Part shown: positions 35,832 through 46,289 of the stretch, in pieces
Layout of the letters: the number at the start of each line of letters is the position of its first letter
How positions within the stretch are numbered: position 1 is the stretch's first letter
Assembly (NCBI GenBank): GCA_016182485.1
Contig: JACPGH010000002.1
Coordinates: 26,608 to 90,607 of the forward strand
DNA: 64,000 bases
From: Candidatus Kaiserbacteria bacterium
GTDB lineage: Bacteria > Patescibacteriota > Minisyncoccia > Phycocordibacterales > Phycocordibacteraceae
Direction: 5' to 3'
Position numbers and translations under genes: made by a program
The notes under the pieces: generated by a model
Told to the model about the DNA's origin: nothing
Database searches by the model: none
Seen by the model: only the letters and a program-made list of their open reading frames with translations

Positions 35832-37787
35832 TCATGTTAAGGCGTCAATGATATGCGAGAGCGAAGCCGTCGCGACTCCGAGAACCTTGTCCGCGCCGCC
35901 GTAATACATATATACCGTGTCTCCCCGGACAACGGCGCCGCATGAGAATACGACGTTCGCCACGACGCCTTCTTTCTCATATTTCTCAAGAGGTTCGAAG
36001 ATCGGATCGGCCGTGCGCGCTAGCACAGTAGTGCCGTCTTCGCCGAGAAGCACGGCGCCGAGCCGATAGGTGCCGTGGCGGGAGACGCCGTGATATATCA
36101 TGAGCCAGCCGCCGGGTATCGGTATGGGCGGGCCAGCAATGCCTACTTTCGCGCTATCCCACATTCCTCGCCGCGGACTGATGATCTCGATGCAGCGGCT
36201 CGCACGTTTCCCCGACGCGAGGTCGGGGATAATGTCCGCGCAGATCTGATTATTGATACGGTGATAGAGCAGATATTTGCCGTTAATGCGCTCGGGCAAA
36301 AGGGCGAGATCCTTATCGTCAACCCCGTCAGGCGTGAGCAACTGCGGCTGGCTCCAATTCTCGAAGCGGCGTTCGAGAAAATCCTTAACGCTTATCGATG
36401 AGACAGCGCCGGATGGGACATGCGTGCCGTCATAGGCGGTGTATGTCATGTGAAGCGTGCCTGCCCCGAGTGGATCCGAGGAGTCGCCAATGCGGACGAT
36501 ACGCGGGTCTTCGCAGCCGGAATTGCCGGTCGCGTTCCCTCGTTTCATCTCGAAGTCGGCTCGCGGTACGTAGACCGGTTGCGACAATCGCTCATCGATG
36601 ACTGCGCCGTCTTTGGAGACGGCGAGGCCGATAGTCGAAGTATTCGCCGAATCCATTGCTCTATATAGAATATAGACGGCGCCATCGAGCTCTATGGCGG
36701 CCGCGTTGAAAACGCCGGCACTTTCGAAGCCCGAGCCCCGAGGCGCAAGGATCGGGTTCCGCGAATCGCGGATGAACGTGCGCGCAGGGCGCTCCGGATC
36801 GAGCGCGCGCAGGAGATCGTCGAGAGCGACGCTCGCCTTCGCGCATACGGTATCGGCGCCGCCATACCAGATCTCCACCTGCCTGCCGGCAGGCAGAGGC
36901 GCATCATACGTCGTCACACTGGTGGGGAACACAACCTGCGGCACTAGACCGTACTGCTCGTAATATTCCTGTGGGACGAGAAAGGATTCGGTCCGCGAAA
37001 TGCGCTTCCTGGGATCGTCTCGATCGAGAAGAGCGGCTTCTACCGAGAAGATACGGTTGCGCTCGTCGTAATAATTCTGAATGTAGGAATATACGAGAAG
37101 CCACCCTTTGTCCGTGAGCAGAGGAGACGCGCCCACCTCGATATGGTCGGCATCCTCGCGGCGCAGTTCCTCGAGCGCATGTTCCTGGAGCCGCTCGTGC
37201 CAACGCTCCCAATACTCGGGTTCGAAGAATTCCTCGATCTGCTTAGCGCGGGCTATAGCGATAGTCGGCCTCGGGTGCTCCGCCGTCCAATCCGTATGCG
37301 CGGTGAGGAGCATTACCACGTCTCCGTCTATCCGCTCGGGGAAGAGCGTGGCCGCCTTTGCGTTGAAAGGCGTTATCAAATGCCGTTCGGTGAAAGTATC
37401 CGGCTCATCGCCGATAGCCAAAGCCACCTTGATGTTATCGGGGCCGAAAGGGTAGCCCCCGAGCGCGGTATAGAAACAGTACCAACGGCCTTCGAAAAAG
37501 ACCGCCCGCGGGTCCTCGCAGCCGAACGCATCCCAAGGTTCCTGCGGCGCGAGGACCTGCTGCCTCGAATGAAAATGGATGCCGTCCTCGGAGAAGGCCG
37601 TCCCGATGGTCGAAAGCTCGGCCGAGGGAGTCTCTAGCGCGCTCGAGGAGCCGAGCGCGCGGTAATAGATCCGGACGCCCTCGCCGGTCCGAATTGCAGA
37701 CGGGTTGTATGTCGCGACCGACTCCCACGGCCGCTCGCGCTGGGGCGCCAGTATCGGATTATGCGGCTCTCGGCGAATGACGAACAT
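35832..37787 (-). CDS. tandem GH130-family beta-mannoside phosphorylase/hydrolase (two GH130 modules)
   Basis: Each half has NP(S/A)..G.R..YRA and GCEDPR motifs. The start MFVIRREPHNPILAP is preferred over the upstream extension. Confidence 0.75.
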   Translation of the reverse strand: MFVIRREPHNPILAPQRERPWESVATYNPSAIRTGEGVRIYYRALGSSSALETPSAELSTIGTAFSEDGIHFHSRQQVLAPQEPWDAFGCEDPRAVFFEGRWYCFYTALGGYPFGPDNIKVALAIGDEPDTFTERHLITPFNAKAATLFPERIDGDVVMLLTAHTDWTAEHPRPTIAIARAKQIEEFFEPEYWERWHERLQEHALEELRREDADHIEVGASPLLTDKGWLLVYSYIQNYYDERNRIFSVEAALLDRDDPRKRISRTESFLVPQEYYEQYGLVPQVVFPTSVTTYDAPLPAGRQVEIWYGGADTVCAKASVALDDLLRALDPERPARTFIRDSRNPILAPRGSGFESAGVFNAAAIELDGAVYILYRAMDSANTSTIGLAVSKDGAVIDERLSQPVYVPRADFEMKRGNATGNSGCEDPRIVRIGDSSDPLGAGTLHMTYTAYDGTHVPSGAVSSISVKDFLERRFENWSQPQLLTPDGVDDKDLALLPERINGKYLLYHRINNQICADIIPDLASGKRASRCIEIISPRRGMWDSAKVGIAGPPIPIPGGWLMIYHGVSRHGTYRLGAVLLGEDGTTVLARTADPIFEPLEKYEKEGVVANVVFSCGAVVRGDTVYMYYGGADKVLGVATASLSHIIDALT

Positions 37788-37809
37788 AGAGTAAAGTATA
37801 CTACCGTTA

Positions 37810-39192
37810 ATGAGCAAAAAGCTGGATTTCCAGAGACTTAAAACTCGTCCTTCAGAAAAATACCGCCGTTTCAGAAGTGAGACGGTCGAGCGCGCCATCG
37901 CGAATGTATCAGCGGCCATAGATGATCCCGTCTTGCGCCGAATGTTCGAACAGTGTTTGCCAAACACGCTCGATACGGCGATATATCATCGGAAAGATGC
38001 CAATAGAAATCCGGAGACGTTTATACTCACTGGCGACATCCCTGCAATGTGGCTGCGCGATTCAACTAATCAAGTATGGCCGTACCTGCGGTTCGCCAAA
38101 GCAGATGGCGCGTTACGCACTATGCTCGCCGGTCTCGTGCGCAGTCAGACGAAATGCGTTTTACTCGACCCGTATGCCAATGCATTCATTGATACCAAAC
38201 AAACGCGTAAACATACCAATCCCTGGTGGCCAAAAGGCCCCAAATGGAAAAATGGAATCTGGGAGCGCAAGTATGAACTCGACAGCCTCTGCTCGTTCCT
38301 GCGGCTGTCCGCAGGCTATTACGAGGCGACCGGCGACTTTTCGTCTTTTGGGGCGGCATGGACGCGAGCAGTCGGTCTCGCGCTCGATGTTATGGAGAAT
38401 GAGCAGAAAACGATGCGCAAAGATACACTAAAGTCGCTCTTTCGTTTCGTTGGACCCGACGGCCGGCCGCACCCGGCGATTCGGCTCCAGGGCTACGGAT
38501 ACCCCGGCAAGCATTGCGGATTAGTACGCACCGTCTTTCGCCCCTCCGACGATGAGACTGTCTATCCGTATCTCATTCCAGCCAATGCTATGACCGTTGT
38601 AGCTCTGCGGGCAGTCACGGCGCTCCTGCGAGACATCCGGAAGCCAGCACTCGCGTACAGGGCGCAACGGCTCGCAGATGAAATTGACGCGGGTATCAAA
38701 AAGTACGGCATTGTAGAGCACCCGGAATTAGGACGAATTTTCGCGTACGAGATAGATGGGGCCGGTTCATACTGCCTCATGGACGATCCTAACGTGCCGA
38801 GCTTGCTTTCGCTCCCGTATCTTGGGTACTGTTCGACTAGTGATCCTGTGTATATCGCCACGCGCCAGTTCATTTTAAGCGATTACAATCTTTTCTATGC
38901 GAAAGGGAAGGCGGCTGAAGGGCTTACCAGCCCACATTCAGGTACCGTGAATCGTTTTTGGCCGATGGCGACAATAATCCGAGCAATGACCAGCACCGAT
39001 GCGCAGGAAATCACGGCTTGTCTGCAGACCCTCAAAGAAACCCATGCCGGGACCTATTTTATGCATGAGAGCGTCGATGTTGACGATCCGAAGCGCTTCA
39101 CGCGGCCGTGGTTCAGTTGGGCGAATTCACTTTTCGGCGAATTAATGCTCAAACTAGCTGATTCACATCCGGAGCTGCTCAATAAGAATTAA
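37810..39192 (+). CDS. GH125-family (DUF1237) metal-independent alpha-mannosidase
   Basis: [15 protein letters not shown] and an (alpha/alpha)6 signature. Length 460 aa. Confidence 0.7.
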   Translation: MSKKLDFQRLKTRPSEKYRRFRSETVERAIANVSAAIDDPVLRRMFEQCLPNTLDTAIYHRKDANRNPETFILTGDIPAMWLRDSTNQVWPYLRFAKADGALRTMLAGLVRSQTKCVLLDPYANAFIDTKQTRKHTNPWWPKGPKWKNGIWERKYELDSLCSFLRLSAGYYEATGDFSSFGAAWTRAVGLALDVMENEQKTMRKDTLKSLFRFVGPDGRPHPAIRLQGYGYPGKHCGLVRTVFRPSDDETVYPYLIPANAMTVVALRAVTALLRDIRKPALAYRAQRLADEIDAGIKKYGIVEHPELGRIFAYEIDGAGSYCLMDDPNVPSLLSLPYLGYCSTSDPVYIATRQFILSDYNLFYAKGKAAEGLTSPHSGTVNRFWPMATIIRAMTSTDAQEITACLQTLKETHAGTYFMHESVDVDDPKRFTRPWFSWANSLFGELMLKLADSHPELLNKN

Positions 39193-40351
39193 AGGTCTGG
39201 GCGGCAGTTGTGTCGAGCAAAGGCCGGTTGCCTTCAATGAGCGCGTCCAAGAATTCGGCAAGCGGAGCGGTCGCCACGCAGACTACCTTATCCGCGCCGC
39301 CATAGTATATGAACAGCGTGCGGTTTAGGACGACCGCGCCGCAGGCGTACACGATGCCGGGTTTCCCCTCGTTTTCATACCGCGCGTCAGGCGAGAGGAT
39401 CGGGGTCGCGGCGCGGTAGAGTACTCGCGTGGGATCCTCCAGGTCGAGCAGCATGGCTCCAAGCTTGTAAAGGTGCCGCTCGGTCGCACGCGTTGCGTGA
39501 TAGAAAAGGAGCCAGCCTTTATCAGTTTTGATCGGAGGAGGACCGGCTCCGCGTATGACGTTATCCCAATTATCCTCGGGCCCCGCCGCGCACTGGCGCG
39601 GCCCTTCCCAACTCTTGATGTACGGCTCCGTGGTTCCGATCGCGTCTATCGAGTCCCGATACTCTATCTCGACTTTCGGCACGATACTGTGGAGGATCGC
39701 AAATTTGCCGCGGATCTTCTCGGGGAAAATTACCCAATTTTTGTGGATCTGACCCTCCGGAGAGAGCAGGTGCATGGGCCGCCATTTCCAAAACCGTTTC
39801 TCGAGCAAGTCCTCCTCGTCGATCGAGACGCAGGCGACGCGAATGAAATTCCACCCGTCGAACGCGTTATATGTCATATAGATCCGCCCTTCGATAGTGA
39901 CCATGCGCGGGTCCTCGCAGCCTCCCCAGCTGCCGCCCGACGGATACATGACCGGCGAGTAGCGGCGCAGATGAGCCGGAGCGCCTGAAGGTTTTTGGGA
40001 AACATAAACCGGGTAGGGCAAGCGCTCGTCGAAGAGGTAGCCGTCCGGGCTCGAGGCGTAGCCGAGCCGCGAAACGCCGTCCGTACCGATCGCTCGATAG
40101 ATAAGGTGCGTGCGCCCATTGATGACGGCCGCGGCTGGATTGAAAGTCGCCTCCGCTGTCCAGGGACTAGTTCCCGGTCGAAGGATTGGATTCGCCGGAT
40201 GCCGCTCGAGATGGAGCTTACGGAATATTTTCTGCCGAATTTCCGCGACCTTCTTCCGGACAGTTTCCGAGAAGAGTACGCCGAGCAATACTCCGGCGAC
40301 GAAGAGAGAGAATAGAAGGGCGAGGATGTTGACGGCGAAAATGAAATCCAT
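39179..40351 (-). CDS. GH130-family glycoside phosphorylase/hydrolase with N-terminal TM helix
   Basis: Contains [15 protein letters not shown]...FNPAA and YRAIG. Confidence 0.75.
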   Translation of the reverse strand: MDFIFAVNILALLFSLFVAGVLLGVLFSETVRKKVAEIRQKIFRKLHLERHPANPILRPGTSPWTAEATFNPAAAVINGRTHLIYRAIGTDGVSRLGYASSPDGYLFDERLPYPVYVSQKPSGAPAHLRRYSPVMYPSGGSWGGCEDPRMVTIEGRIYMTYNAFDGWNFIRVACVSIDEEDLLEKRFWKWRPMHLLSPEGQIHKNWVIFPEKIRGKFAILHSIVPKVEIEYRDSIDAIGTTEPYIKSWEGPRQCAAGPEDNWDNVIRGAGPPPIKTDKGWLLFYHATRATERHLYKLGAMLLDLEDPTRVLYRAATPILSPDARYENEGKPGIVYACGAVVLNRTLFIYYGGADKVVCVATAPLAEFLDALIEGNRPLLDTTAAQTFNSY

Positions 40352-40412
40352 AAGGAACTATATAGAGCATAACCCACTTGCGGGCGCCGCCGAGCCGTTT
40401 TACACTGCCCTC

Positions 40413-40787
40413 ATGTTGGTAAACGTATGTATCGCGAAGCTCCACCGGGCGACGGTCACGGGCGCGGACCTGAGTTACGTGGGTTCCATTACGATTGACG
40501 AAGCTCTTTTGAACGCCGCCGGTCTTGTGCCGGGGCAGATGGTTACCATAAATAATGTGTCGAATGCGGTCTCATGGCGCACTTACATCCTGAAAGGCAA
40601 GAAAGGGAAGGGCGAGATAATCCTGAACGGGCCGCCGGCGCGCATATTCCAGCGCGGGGACAAGGTCATCATTCTCGGCGAGGGCTGGGTAGACCCGAAG
40701 GAGGCGGCTAAGATGAGCCCGACGGTCGTCTTCATGGACGACAAGAACAAGATCACGGAGGTGAAGAAGGGTTGGCGTCCGGAGTAG
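40413..40787 (+). CDS. panD: aspartate 1-decarboxylase
   Basis: MLVNVCIAKLHRATVTGADLSYVGSITIDEAL...NGPPARIFQRGDKVIIL. The processing motif is G-S. Confidence 0.85.
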   Translation: MLVNVCIAKLHRATVTGADLSYVGSITIDEALLNAAGLVPGQMVTINNVSNAVSWRTYILKGKKGKGEIILNGPPARIFQRGDKVIILGEGWVDPKEAAKMSPTVVFMDDKNKITEVKKGWRPE

Positions 40788-40881
40788 TTGGCGGCAGGCG
40801 CGGCGAAGTGTATTGTGGAAGGCGGAAGCCCTTTCATAGGAACGAGAGGGCAAAGCCGCTCGAATAGACAAGGAGGTCCAG

Positions 40882-41865
40882 ATGAATGAGCCCGCGCTGC
40901 CGCGCATCGTCCCTATCACTCCCAACGCGCTCCCGATCGGCTGGCGCACGTTCTTCGCGAAGCATCGGATCCAGCTGCATGTCCTCGTGCTCTATGAGAA
41001 CGAGGCGGAGAACGGCAAGTACTGGCCGGCTCGCGAGATCATCGCACGCGGCCTCGCCCGCGGGGACCATCGTGACGCCAACACAGTCATCGATTCGACG
41101 TCCGGGAACTTCGGCGTGTCGCTGGCGACGGTCGTTCGGCAGGAGAACGAGCGAGACCCGGGGTTCCCGATAAAGAATGTCGCCTGCGTGGTGCCTATAA
41201 GTCTCCCGCAGGGCAAGCGGGATCGGCTGGAGAAGCATGGAGTCCGCCTTATCAACGCCAAGGATTCACTCGATGCCATGCGGGTGGCGAAATGCGAGGC
41301 GCAGAAGCGCGGCTGGTGGCTCACGGGCCAATATTGGAACGTCGACAATAGCCGCGGTTACTGGCGGATCGCCGGGCACATCGCGGAGAAGCTGCCGATG
41401 CTCGGCATGGCGGCATGGGGCGTCGGGAGCGGCGGAGGCTGTTCCGGTGTCATGCCGGTCCTCGACCGGTCGTTTGCACAGCGGAGCTTCAAGCTCCACC
41501 GGGTGGCCGTTGTTCTCGAGGACGGGCACAAGATCGGCGGCGTTCGGGACGAAGCCGCCCTCGAACCAGGCACGCTCAAGTGGCGCGCGCCGAACATCGA
41601 CGACGTCTGTTTCGTCGAGGCCGATCCTTCCTACAAGTTCAGCGCGGCGCTCTGGCGCGAAGGCATTCCCGTCGGGCCAAGCACCGGATTCGCCTGCGAA
41701 GGCGCGTCTCAAGCAGCTCGCAAGCTCGCGATCATGCGGCTGCTCGATACGATTCGCGCGCCTGACGGGTTCGTTCATATCCTCGCCCCGGCGCTCGATA
41801 AGAGAGGCCCCTACCGCTCGGAATACGGAGACAGAAAGATCCTTTTTTCGTCTCCTGATGCGTGA
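40882..41865 (+). CDS. PLP-dependent enzyme of the tryptophan-synthase-beta/cysteine-synthase fold
   Basis: Has an SGNFG glycine-rich loop and a GSGGG phosphate-binding loop. Length 327 aa. Confidence 0.7.
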   Translation: MNEPALPRIVPITPNALPIGWRTFFAKHRIQLHVLVLYENEAENGKYWPAREIIARGLARGDHRDANTVIDSTSGNFGVSLATVVRQENERDPGFPIKNVACVVPISLPQGKRDRLEKHGVRLINAKDSLDAMRVAKCEAQKRGWWLTGQYWNVDNSRGYWRIAGHIAEKLPMLGMAAWGVGSGGGCSGVMPVLDRSFAQRSFKLHRVAVVLEDGHKIGGVRDEAALEPGTLKWRAPNIDDVCFVEADPSYKFSAALWREGIPVGPSTGFACEGASQAARKLAIMRLLDTIRAPDGFVHILAPALDKRGPYRSEYGDRKILFSSPDA

Positions 41866-41981
41866 GCGGCTTCTCGAGAAGATGGCCCCGGCTCCGACGT
41901 TGCGTCGGAGCCGGGGTTCCTGTTTTTCGCGGCAGCGCCAACCAGGTTGGCGCTGCCGCGTGCTATCATTTCCGTAATCCC

Positions 41982-42479
41982 ATGCAAAATTCCGCGCTCT
42001 ATCTGCGCTCAATAATTTTCGGGATTAATGACAGCCTCGTCTCCACTGTCGGCTTTCTCGCAGGTATCAGCGCCGCCGGAGTGCCTCGAGCGACCATCGC
42101 GCTCACCGGCGTCGTCTACACCCTCGTGGAGGCATTTTCAATGGCGACGGGCGATTTCTTATCCGAAGAGTCGGCCGAGGAGTATGTCAGCAAGTCCAAG
42201 GTGAACGACCGCCCCTCGGCCATAGCGGCAGGTCTCATGTTCCTCTCCAGCGTGCTTGCAGCCCTCATTCCGCTCGCTCCCTACTTAATATTCCCGGCCG
42301 CCGGCACCGCCCTCATCGTATCCATCTGCGCGTCTATCCTCGCGCTGTTTATAGTGGGATTCATAAGCGGAAGGCTCGCAAGACTCTCTGTCTTATCGCG
42401 CGGCCTGCGGATGGCTGGGCTGGGCGGAGCCGCCATTCTCATCGGCGTTTCCGTGGGATTATTTTTCCCAGTCGCCTGA
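41982..42479 (+). CDS. VIT1/CCC1-family iron/manganese transporter
   Basis: YLRSIIFGINDSLVSTVGFLAGIS is the VIT signature. The MQNSAL start is preferred. Confidence 0.7.
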   Translation: MQNSALYLRSIIFGINDSLVSTVGFLAGISAAGVPRATIALTGVVYTLVEAFSMATGDFLSEESAEEYVSKSKVNDRPSAIAAGLMFLSSVLAALIPLAPYLIFPAAGTALIVSICASILALFIVGFISGRLARLSVLSRGLRMAGLGGAAILIGVSVGLFFPVA

Positions 42480-42480
42480 C

Positions 42481-43011
42481 ATGGCCCTCGACGTACAGTT
42501 GTTCTATCTTTTTAATGGCCTCGCCGGCCGGTCGGCTCTGCTTGACCAGATAATCGTCTTTTTCGGGTCGTATCTCCCGTATCTGGTCATCGCAGTATTT
42601 TTTATCCAACTGCTGATTTCCGGTTATTCGTACAGGGAGAAATCGCGGATGCTTCTCGTCGCCTTTGCTTCTGCCGCCATCGCGCGTTGGGGGATGGTGG
42701 ACCTTATCCGCAATTGGTATCACCGGCCGCGGCCGTTCTCGGCGCTGCCTGTGCGCCAATTGCTCGAGAACAGCGAATGGTCTTTCCCGTCCGGACATGC
42801 CGCTTTCTTTTTCGCGCTTGCGACGGCCGTGTTCTTCTATGACAGGCGGTGGGGGACCGGGCTTTTTACCGCGGCCATTTTCATTTCTTTCGCCCGAGTC
42901 GCCGCCGGCGTCCACTATCCCTCCGATATATTGGGCGGAGCCGTTCTAGGCATCCTCGCCGCCTGGGCGGTACGTTTAATTGCACTAAGGATATTAAGTA
43001 AAGAGGTTTAA
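42481..43011 (+). CDS. PAP2-family phosphatase (undecaprenyl-diphosphatase-like)
   Basis: Contains the PSGHA and YPSD...GG motifs. Confidence 0.8.
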   Translation: MALDVQLFYLFNGLAGRSALLDQIIVFFGSYLPYLVIAVFFIQLLISGYSYREKSRMLLVAFASAAIARWGMVDLIRNWYHRPRPFSALPVRQLLENSEWSFPSGHAAFFFALATAVFFYDRRWGTGLFTAAIFISFARVAAGVHYPSDILGGAVLGILAAWAVRLIALRILSKEV

Positions 43012-43021
43012 CCTCTTTACT
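42995..43021. terminator. palindrome AGTAAAGAGGTTTAACCTCTTTACT containing the PAP2 stop codon (second copy of the 34970 element)
   Basis: The same arms as at 34970. It encodes the C-terminal SKEV residues and the stop. Confidence 0.5.
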
Positions 43022-43122
43022 TATCGCGAGGAGCGATTATTCGAACCCATTGACTTTTGCTTGTCAATATGCTAGTATAAAAAAACCTAGATAGCTAGCC
43101 GCTATTTTGGTCAATCTAAGCA

Positions 43123-43695
43123 ATGCCAATCGTAGGAGCCCTTATGGGGTTTTTCTTTTTCCCCGCAGTGGCGGTCACTGCGCCGACGCCTACGCTCGTG
43201 TCGGCGCCGAAAATAATCCCCGATCTCCCGACATATATTGTGGGGATTACCGGCTATAACGCCGTGCCGGAGCAGACCGACGAGGACCCCTTCACTACGG
43301 CCTCTGGCGCCTACTCCAACCCTGAAGTCATCGCGGCCCGGTCCCGGGATTTCGCCGAGGAACTCCCGTTCGGGACCATCATTGAATTCGCCGCTCCTGC
43401 GGAGAGACAGCAGAATTGCGGGTACGATGCCGTTTCTCCAGAGATCGGCTACCGGATAATCGCGGACACCATGAATGCGCGCTATACGAATCGAGTCGAT
43501 ATCCTATTTGCCACCTCCTCTGTGTACTCTGTTAGTGGCGGCAAACGCAATGCGAGCGAGCTGCTTGGCAACTGCCGCGGCGTTACTATCCGCGTCGTCG
43601 GGCGCCTCGACGGCACCCGCCCGTATAGGTTCCCGAAGACTCAAGCCGCGCTCGCAGCTCTTGTCCGTGGCATCGAGCCGCTCGCGGTCAGGTAG
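43123..43695 (+). CDS. 3D-domain (MltA/YuiC-like) cell-wall protein
   Basis: Carries GITGYNAVPEQTDEDPFTTASG and FGTIIEF, with D residues characteristic of the 3D domain. Confidence 0.65.
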   Translation: MPIVGALMGFFFFPAVAVTAPTPTLVSAPKIIPDLPTYIVGITGYNAVPEQTDEDPFTTASGAYSNPEVIAARSRDFAEELPFGTIIEFAAPAERQQNCGYDAVSPEIGYRIIADTMNARYTNRVDILFATSSVYSVSGGKRNASELLGNCRGVTIRVVGRLDGTRPYRFPKTQAALAALVRGIEPLAVR

Positions 43696-43754
43696 TTAGC
43701 AGAGCACAAATAAAATTCGGAGGTCGCGTATCCGAATTTCATTCCTGATTTGCC

Positions 43755-44483
43755 CTATGCCCTCCGCGCCAGAATGAACGGCGTGAATTCTTCGGACTGG
43801 CCGGATGGATTATCGCGGAACAGTTCTTGCGCGAATTTTTCAGTAACTCCGCTGCCCGCGATTCCGAGCGTGAAGGACCCGCGGTAGTTGGCGTCGATGA
43901 TTACGACGTCATTGCCAAAGCGCTCCTTGATTTCCTTCGCTACCTTCCAAGGCTTGATAGGCGCAAGCTTCGCATAATGCAGATACGGGTGAATTGAGAA
44001 GGACATGGGGCAGTCGACCGACTTCGCCTGTTTGCCGACGAGATAATAGAACGCCCCTCGGATGCCGAGCGGCTTGGTTATCGCCGCAACAGCCGCCGCG
44101 AAAATGGCTCGCAGATATCCCGCTTCTTCTATGAGAAGTTGCATTCCCATCGCCGTCCCGTGCCCGAAACCTTTGAACTCCTTTGTGTGGAGCTTATTTT
44201 CGACTTTGCGAGCGAGCAGGCGGGCGAGCGGGGTCACTTTAATGTTGCGATAGGGAATGATGCGGCCTTGCGTTAGCGCTACGATCTTCTCGCTGATGAA
44301 TAGGATGTCACCGGGCTCGAGGTGCGGCCGCACGTATTTCTCAAGCGCGGCCATAAGGTCGTCCTTCTCGGTGATAAGGCCGGTCTTGATGGGCAAACGC
44401 AAATAAATCCCTCGGCTAGAGTCGATTTCAAGCGTTCTCGAGCCATTGGGTTTGAATATTTTTTCCACCGACTGTGTCGACAT
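43755..44483 (-). CDS. CofE-like (F420-0:gamma-glutamyl ligase family) protein
   Basis: PGDILFISEKIVALTQGR and the overall pattern match PF01996-like proteins. Confidence 0.55.
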   Translation of the reverse strand: MSTQSVEKIFKPNGSRTLEIDSSRGIYLRLPIKTGLITEKDDLMAALEKYVRPHLEPGDILFISEKIVALTQGRIIPYRNIKVTPLARLLARKVENKLHTKEFKGFGHGTAMGMQLLIEEAGYLRAIFAAAVAAITKPLGIRGAFYYLVGKQAKSVDCPMSFSIHPYLHYAKLAPIKPWKVAKEIKERFGNDVVIIDANYRGSFTLGIAGSGVTEKFAQELFRDNPSGQSEEFTPFILARRA

Positions 44484-44551
44484 GGTTCCAGTGTATCATG
44501 ACAAAGAACGCGCCCCGCTAAAGCGGGGCGCGTTCTTTCAATCAATCCGAC

Positions 44552-44761
44552 CTAGACCTTGTTCACATTGAGCGCGTTCGGACCCTTAGGGCTAGAACCG
44601 ATCTCAAAGGAGACCTTATCTCCTTCCTGAAGCTCGTCGAACGAAATGTTCTTGAGCTCGTTGGAATGGAAGAAAAGGTCCTTATCGCCATCACTGGAAC
44701 CAGTGACTTTGATGAAGCCGAAGCCCTTTTCGTTTTTCCTGACGACTGTGCCGTCTTGCAT
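44552..44761 (-). CDS. cspA: cold-shock protein
   Basis: KGFGFI and FFH RNP motifs. Length 69 aa. Confidence 0.9.
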   Translation of the reverse strand: MQDGTVVRKNEKGFGFIKVTGSSDGDKDLFFHSNELKNISFDELQEGDKVSFEIGSSPKGPNALNVNKV

Positions 44762-44936
44762 GTTCCTAGATAATTTATGTGGCTAGTATATCAAGTCAGT
44801 CAGCCGAAAGAGAGGCTCGATCCCACTTCTCCGGATCCAGCGCTGGTTGATAAGTGAAAGATAGCACCTTATACAATTTAGTCAACATCCACCGGATGGC
44901 GTTCGTGAATGCTACACTGTTAAGAACCATTCTGCC

Positions 44937-45629
44937 ATGCCTCAGAAGCAAACTTTTTCCTATAAAGACCTGTTTTCGCGGCCACACCTGGTCTCTCTCG
45001 TAACCGCGCTTATCATGCTTGGCACGGCCTACATTGCCGCTCATTTCGCTTACATTTATGCGGCCGAATACTCGGTGCGTCCGACGACGCGGTACGTGGG
45101 GGACCTCTTTCTCGACAACCTGCCGATCGTGGATCTCAATTTTCTTATAATTGAGACGGCCCTCATAGCATTCGTTTCCTCTATCGCATACATGCTCTAT
45201 CATCCGCGCTCGATCCTCTTTTCGCTCAAGGCGCTCGCGCTCTTTGTCGCGATACGGGCCATATTCATATCGCTCACGCACCTCGGAGTGTATCCGGGGC
45301 AGCTCTATCCCGGGGACGGCTTCTTCGATTCCATATACGTATTCCTCAACTTGCAATCCGGTTTCTTTTTCTCCGGCCACACGGGCTTGCCCTTCCTAGC
45401 CGCGATGATCTTCTGGGACCACCGGCTCGCCAGGTCCGCGTTCCTTGTCCTCACGGCTGTCTTCGCCGTCTCTATGCTCTTAGTGCGTGCGCATTACTCC
45501 ATTGACGTTTTCGCCGCGCCGTTCATGGCCTATGGCATATTCGGCTTAACGCGGTATCTATTCCCGCGTGACTACGCGCTCTCCGGCGCCCAATTCGTCG
45601 AGCCCTCCGACATACCCAAGCCTGAATAA
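44937..45629 (+). CDS. membrane protein, PAP2/sphingomyelin-synthase-like
   Basis: Polytopic, with the FFSGHT motif. Confidence 0.5.
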   Translation: MPQKQTFSYKDLFSRPHLVSLVTALIMLGTAYIAAHFAYIYAAEYSVRPTTRYVGDLFLDNLPIVDLNFLIIETALIAFVSSIAYMLYHPRSILFSLKALALFVAIRAIFISLTHLGVYPGQLYPGDGFFDSIYVFLNLQSGFFFSGHTGLPFLAAMIFWDHRLARSAFLVLTAVFAVSMLLVRAHYSIDVFAAPFMAYGIFGLTRYLFPRDYALSGAQFVEPSDIPKPE

Positions 45630-45744
45630 ATAAGAATTGAATCTAGTACCAAATTCGTCCTATAGGACGAATTTGGTACAGATATAAGGATCTATCACTG
45701 TCAAGTTATAGAATTCTTCACTCCCGCGTACCCACACTAGGGGC

Positions 45745-46281
45745 ATGTCGCGGCTCCTAACGCACCAATTCAAACAGCTCTATATTAATGAAGCGGATTC
45801 GGTCTTCCGCTTCTGCTACTACCGGACGTCCGATCGGGAAGTCGCGCAGGATATAGCGCAGGATACGTTTCTGCGGTTTTGGGGCGCGCTTTCCCGCGGA
45901 GGCGGGCGGATACGGAATGAGCGGGCGCTCCTCTTCGCCATCGCGCGCAATAACATAATAGACTGGTACCGCAAGAAGAAGGCTGTGTCGCTCGACGCGC
46001 TCATCGAGGAGTCGGGCGCCGAGGGAGAGCTGTTCTCAGATACGTCTCAAAAAGAGAAGATAGAGATGGACTACGAGGCGCGAAGCCTCATCGGAAAGAT
46101 CCGGGAACTCGATCCGCTCTACCAACGGATCGTCTATTTGCGCTTCGTAGAAGACTTGAGACCGAGAGAGATCGCTACCATATTAGGCCTCTCGGTGAAC
46201 GTCGTCTCTGTGCGCCTATTCCGTGGCCTCCGGCAGCTGCGCAGATTGGCAGGGTACGAGGAAAATGCACCCGGCCTCTAG
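45745..46281 (+). CDS. RNA polymerase sigma factor, ECF (sigma-70 group 4) family
   Basis: Region 2 reads QDTFLRFW and region 4 is an HTH. Confidence 0.8.
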   Translation: MSRLLTHQFKQLYINEADSVFRFCYYRTSDREVAQDIAQDTFLRFWGALSRGGGRIRNERALLFAIARNNIIDWYRKKKAVSLDALIEESGAEGELFSDTSQKEKIEMDYEARSLIGKIRELDPLYQRIVYLRFVEDLRPREIATILGLSVNVVSVRLFRGLRQLRRLAGYEENAPGL

Positions 46282-46289
46282 AACTGCGT

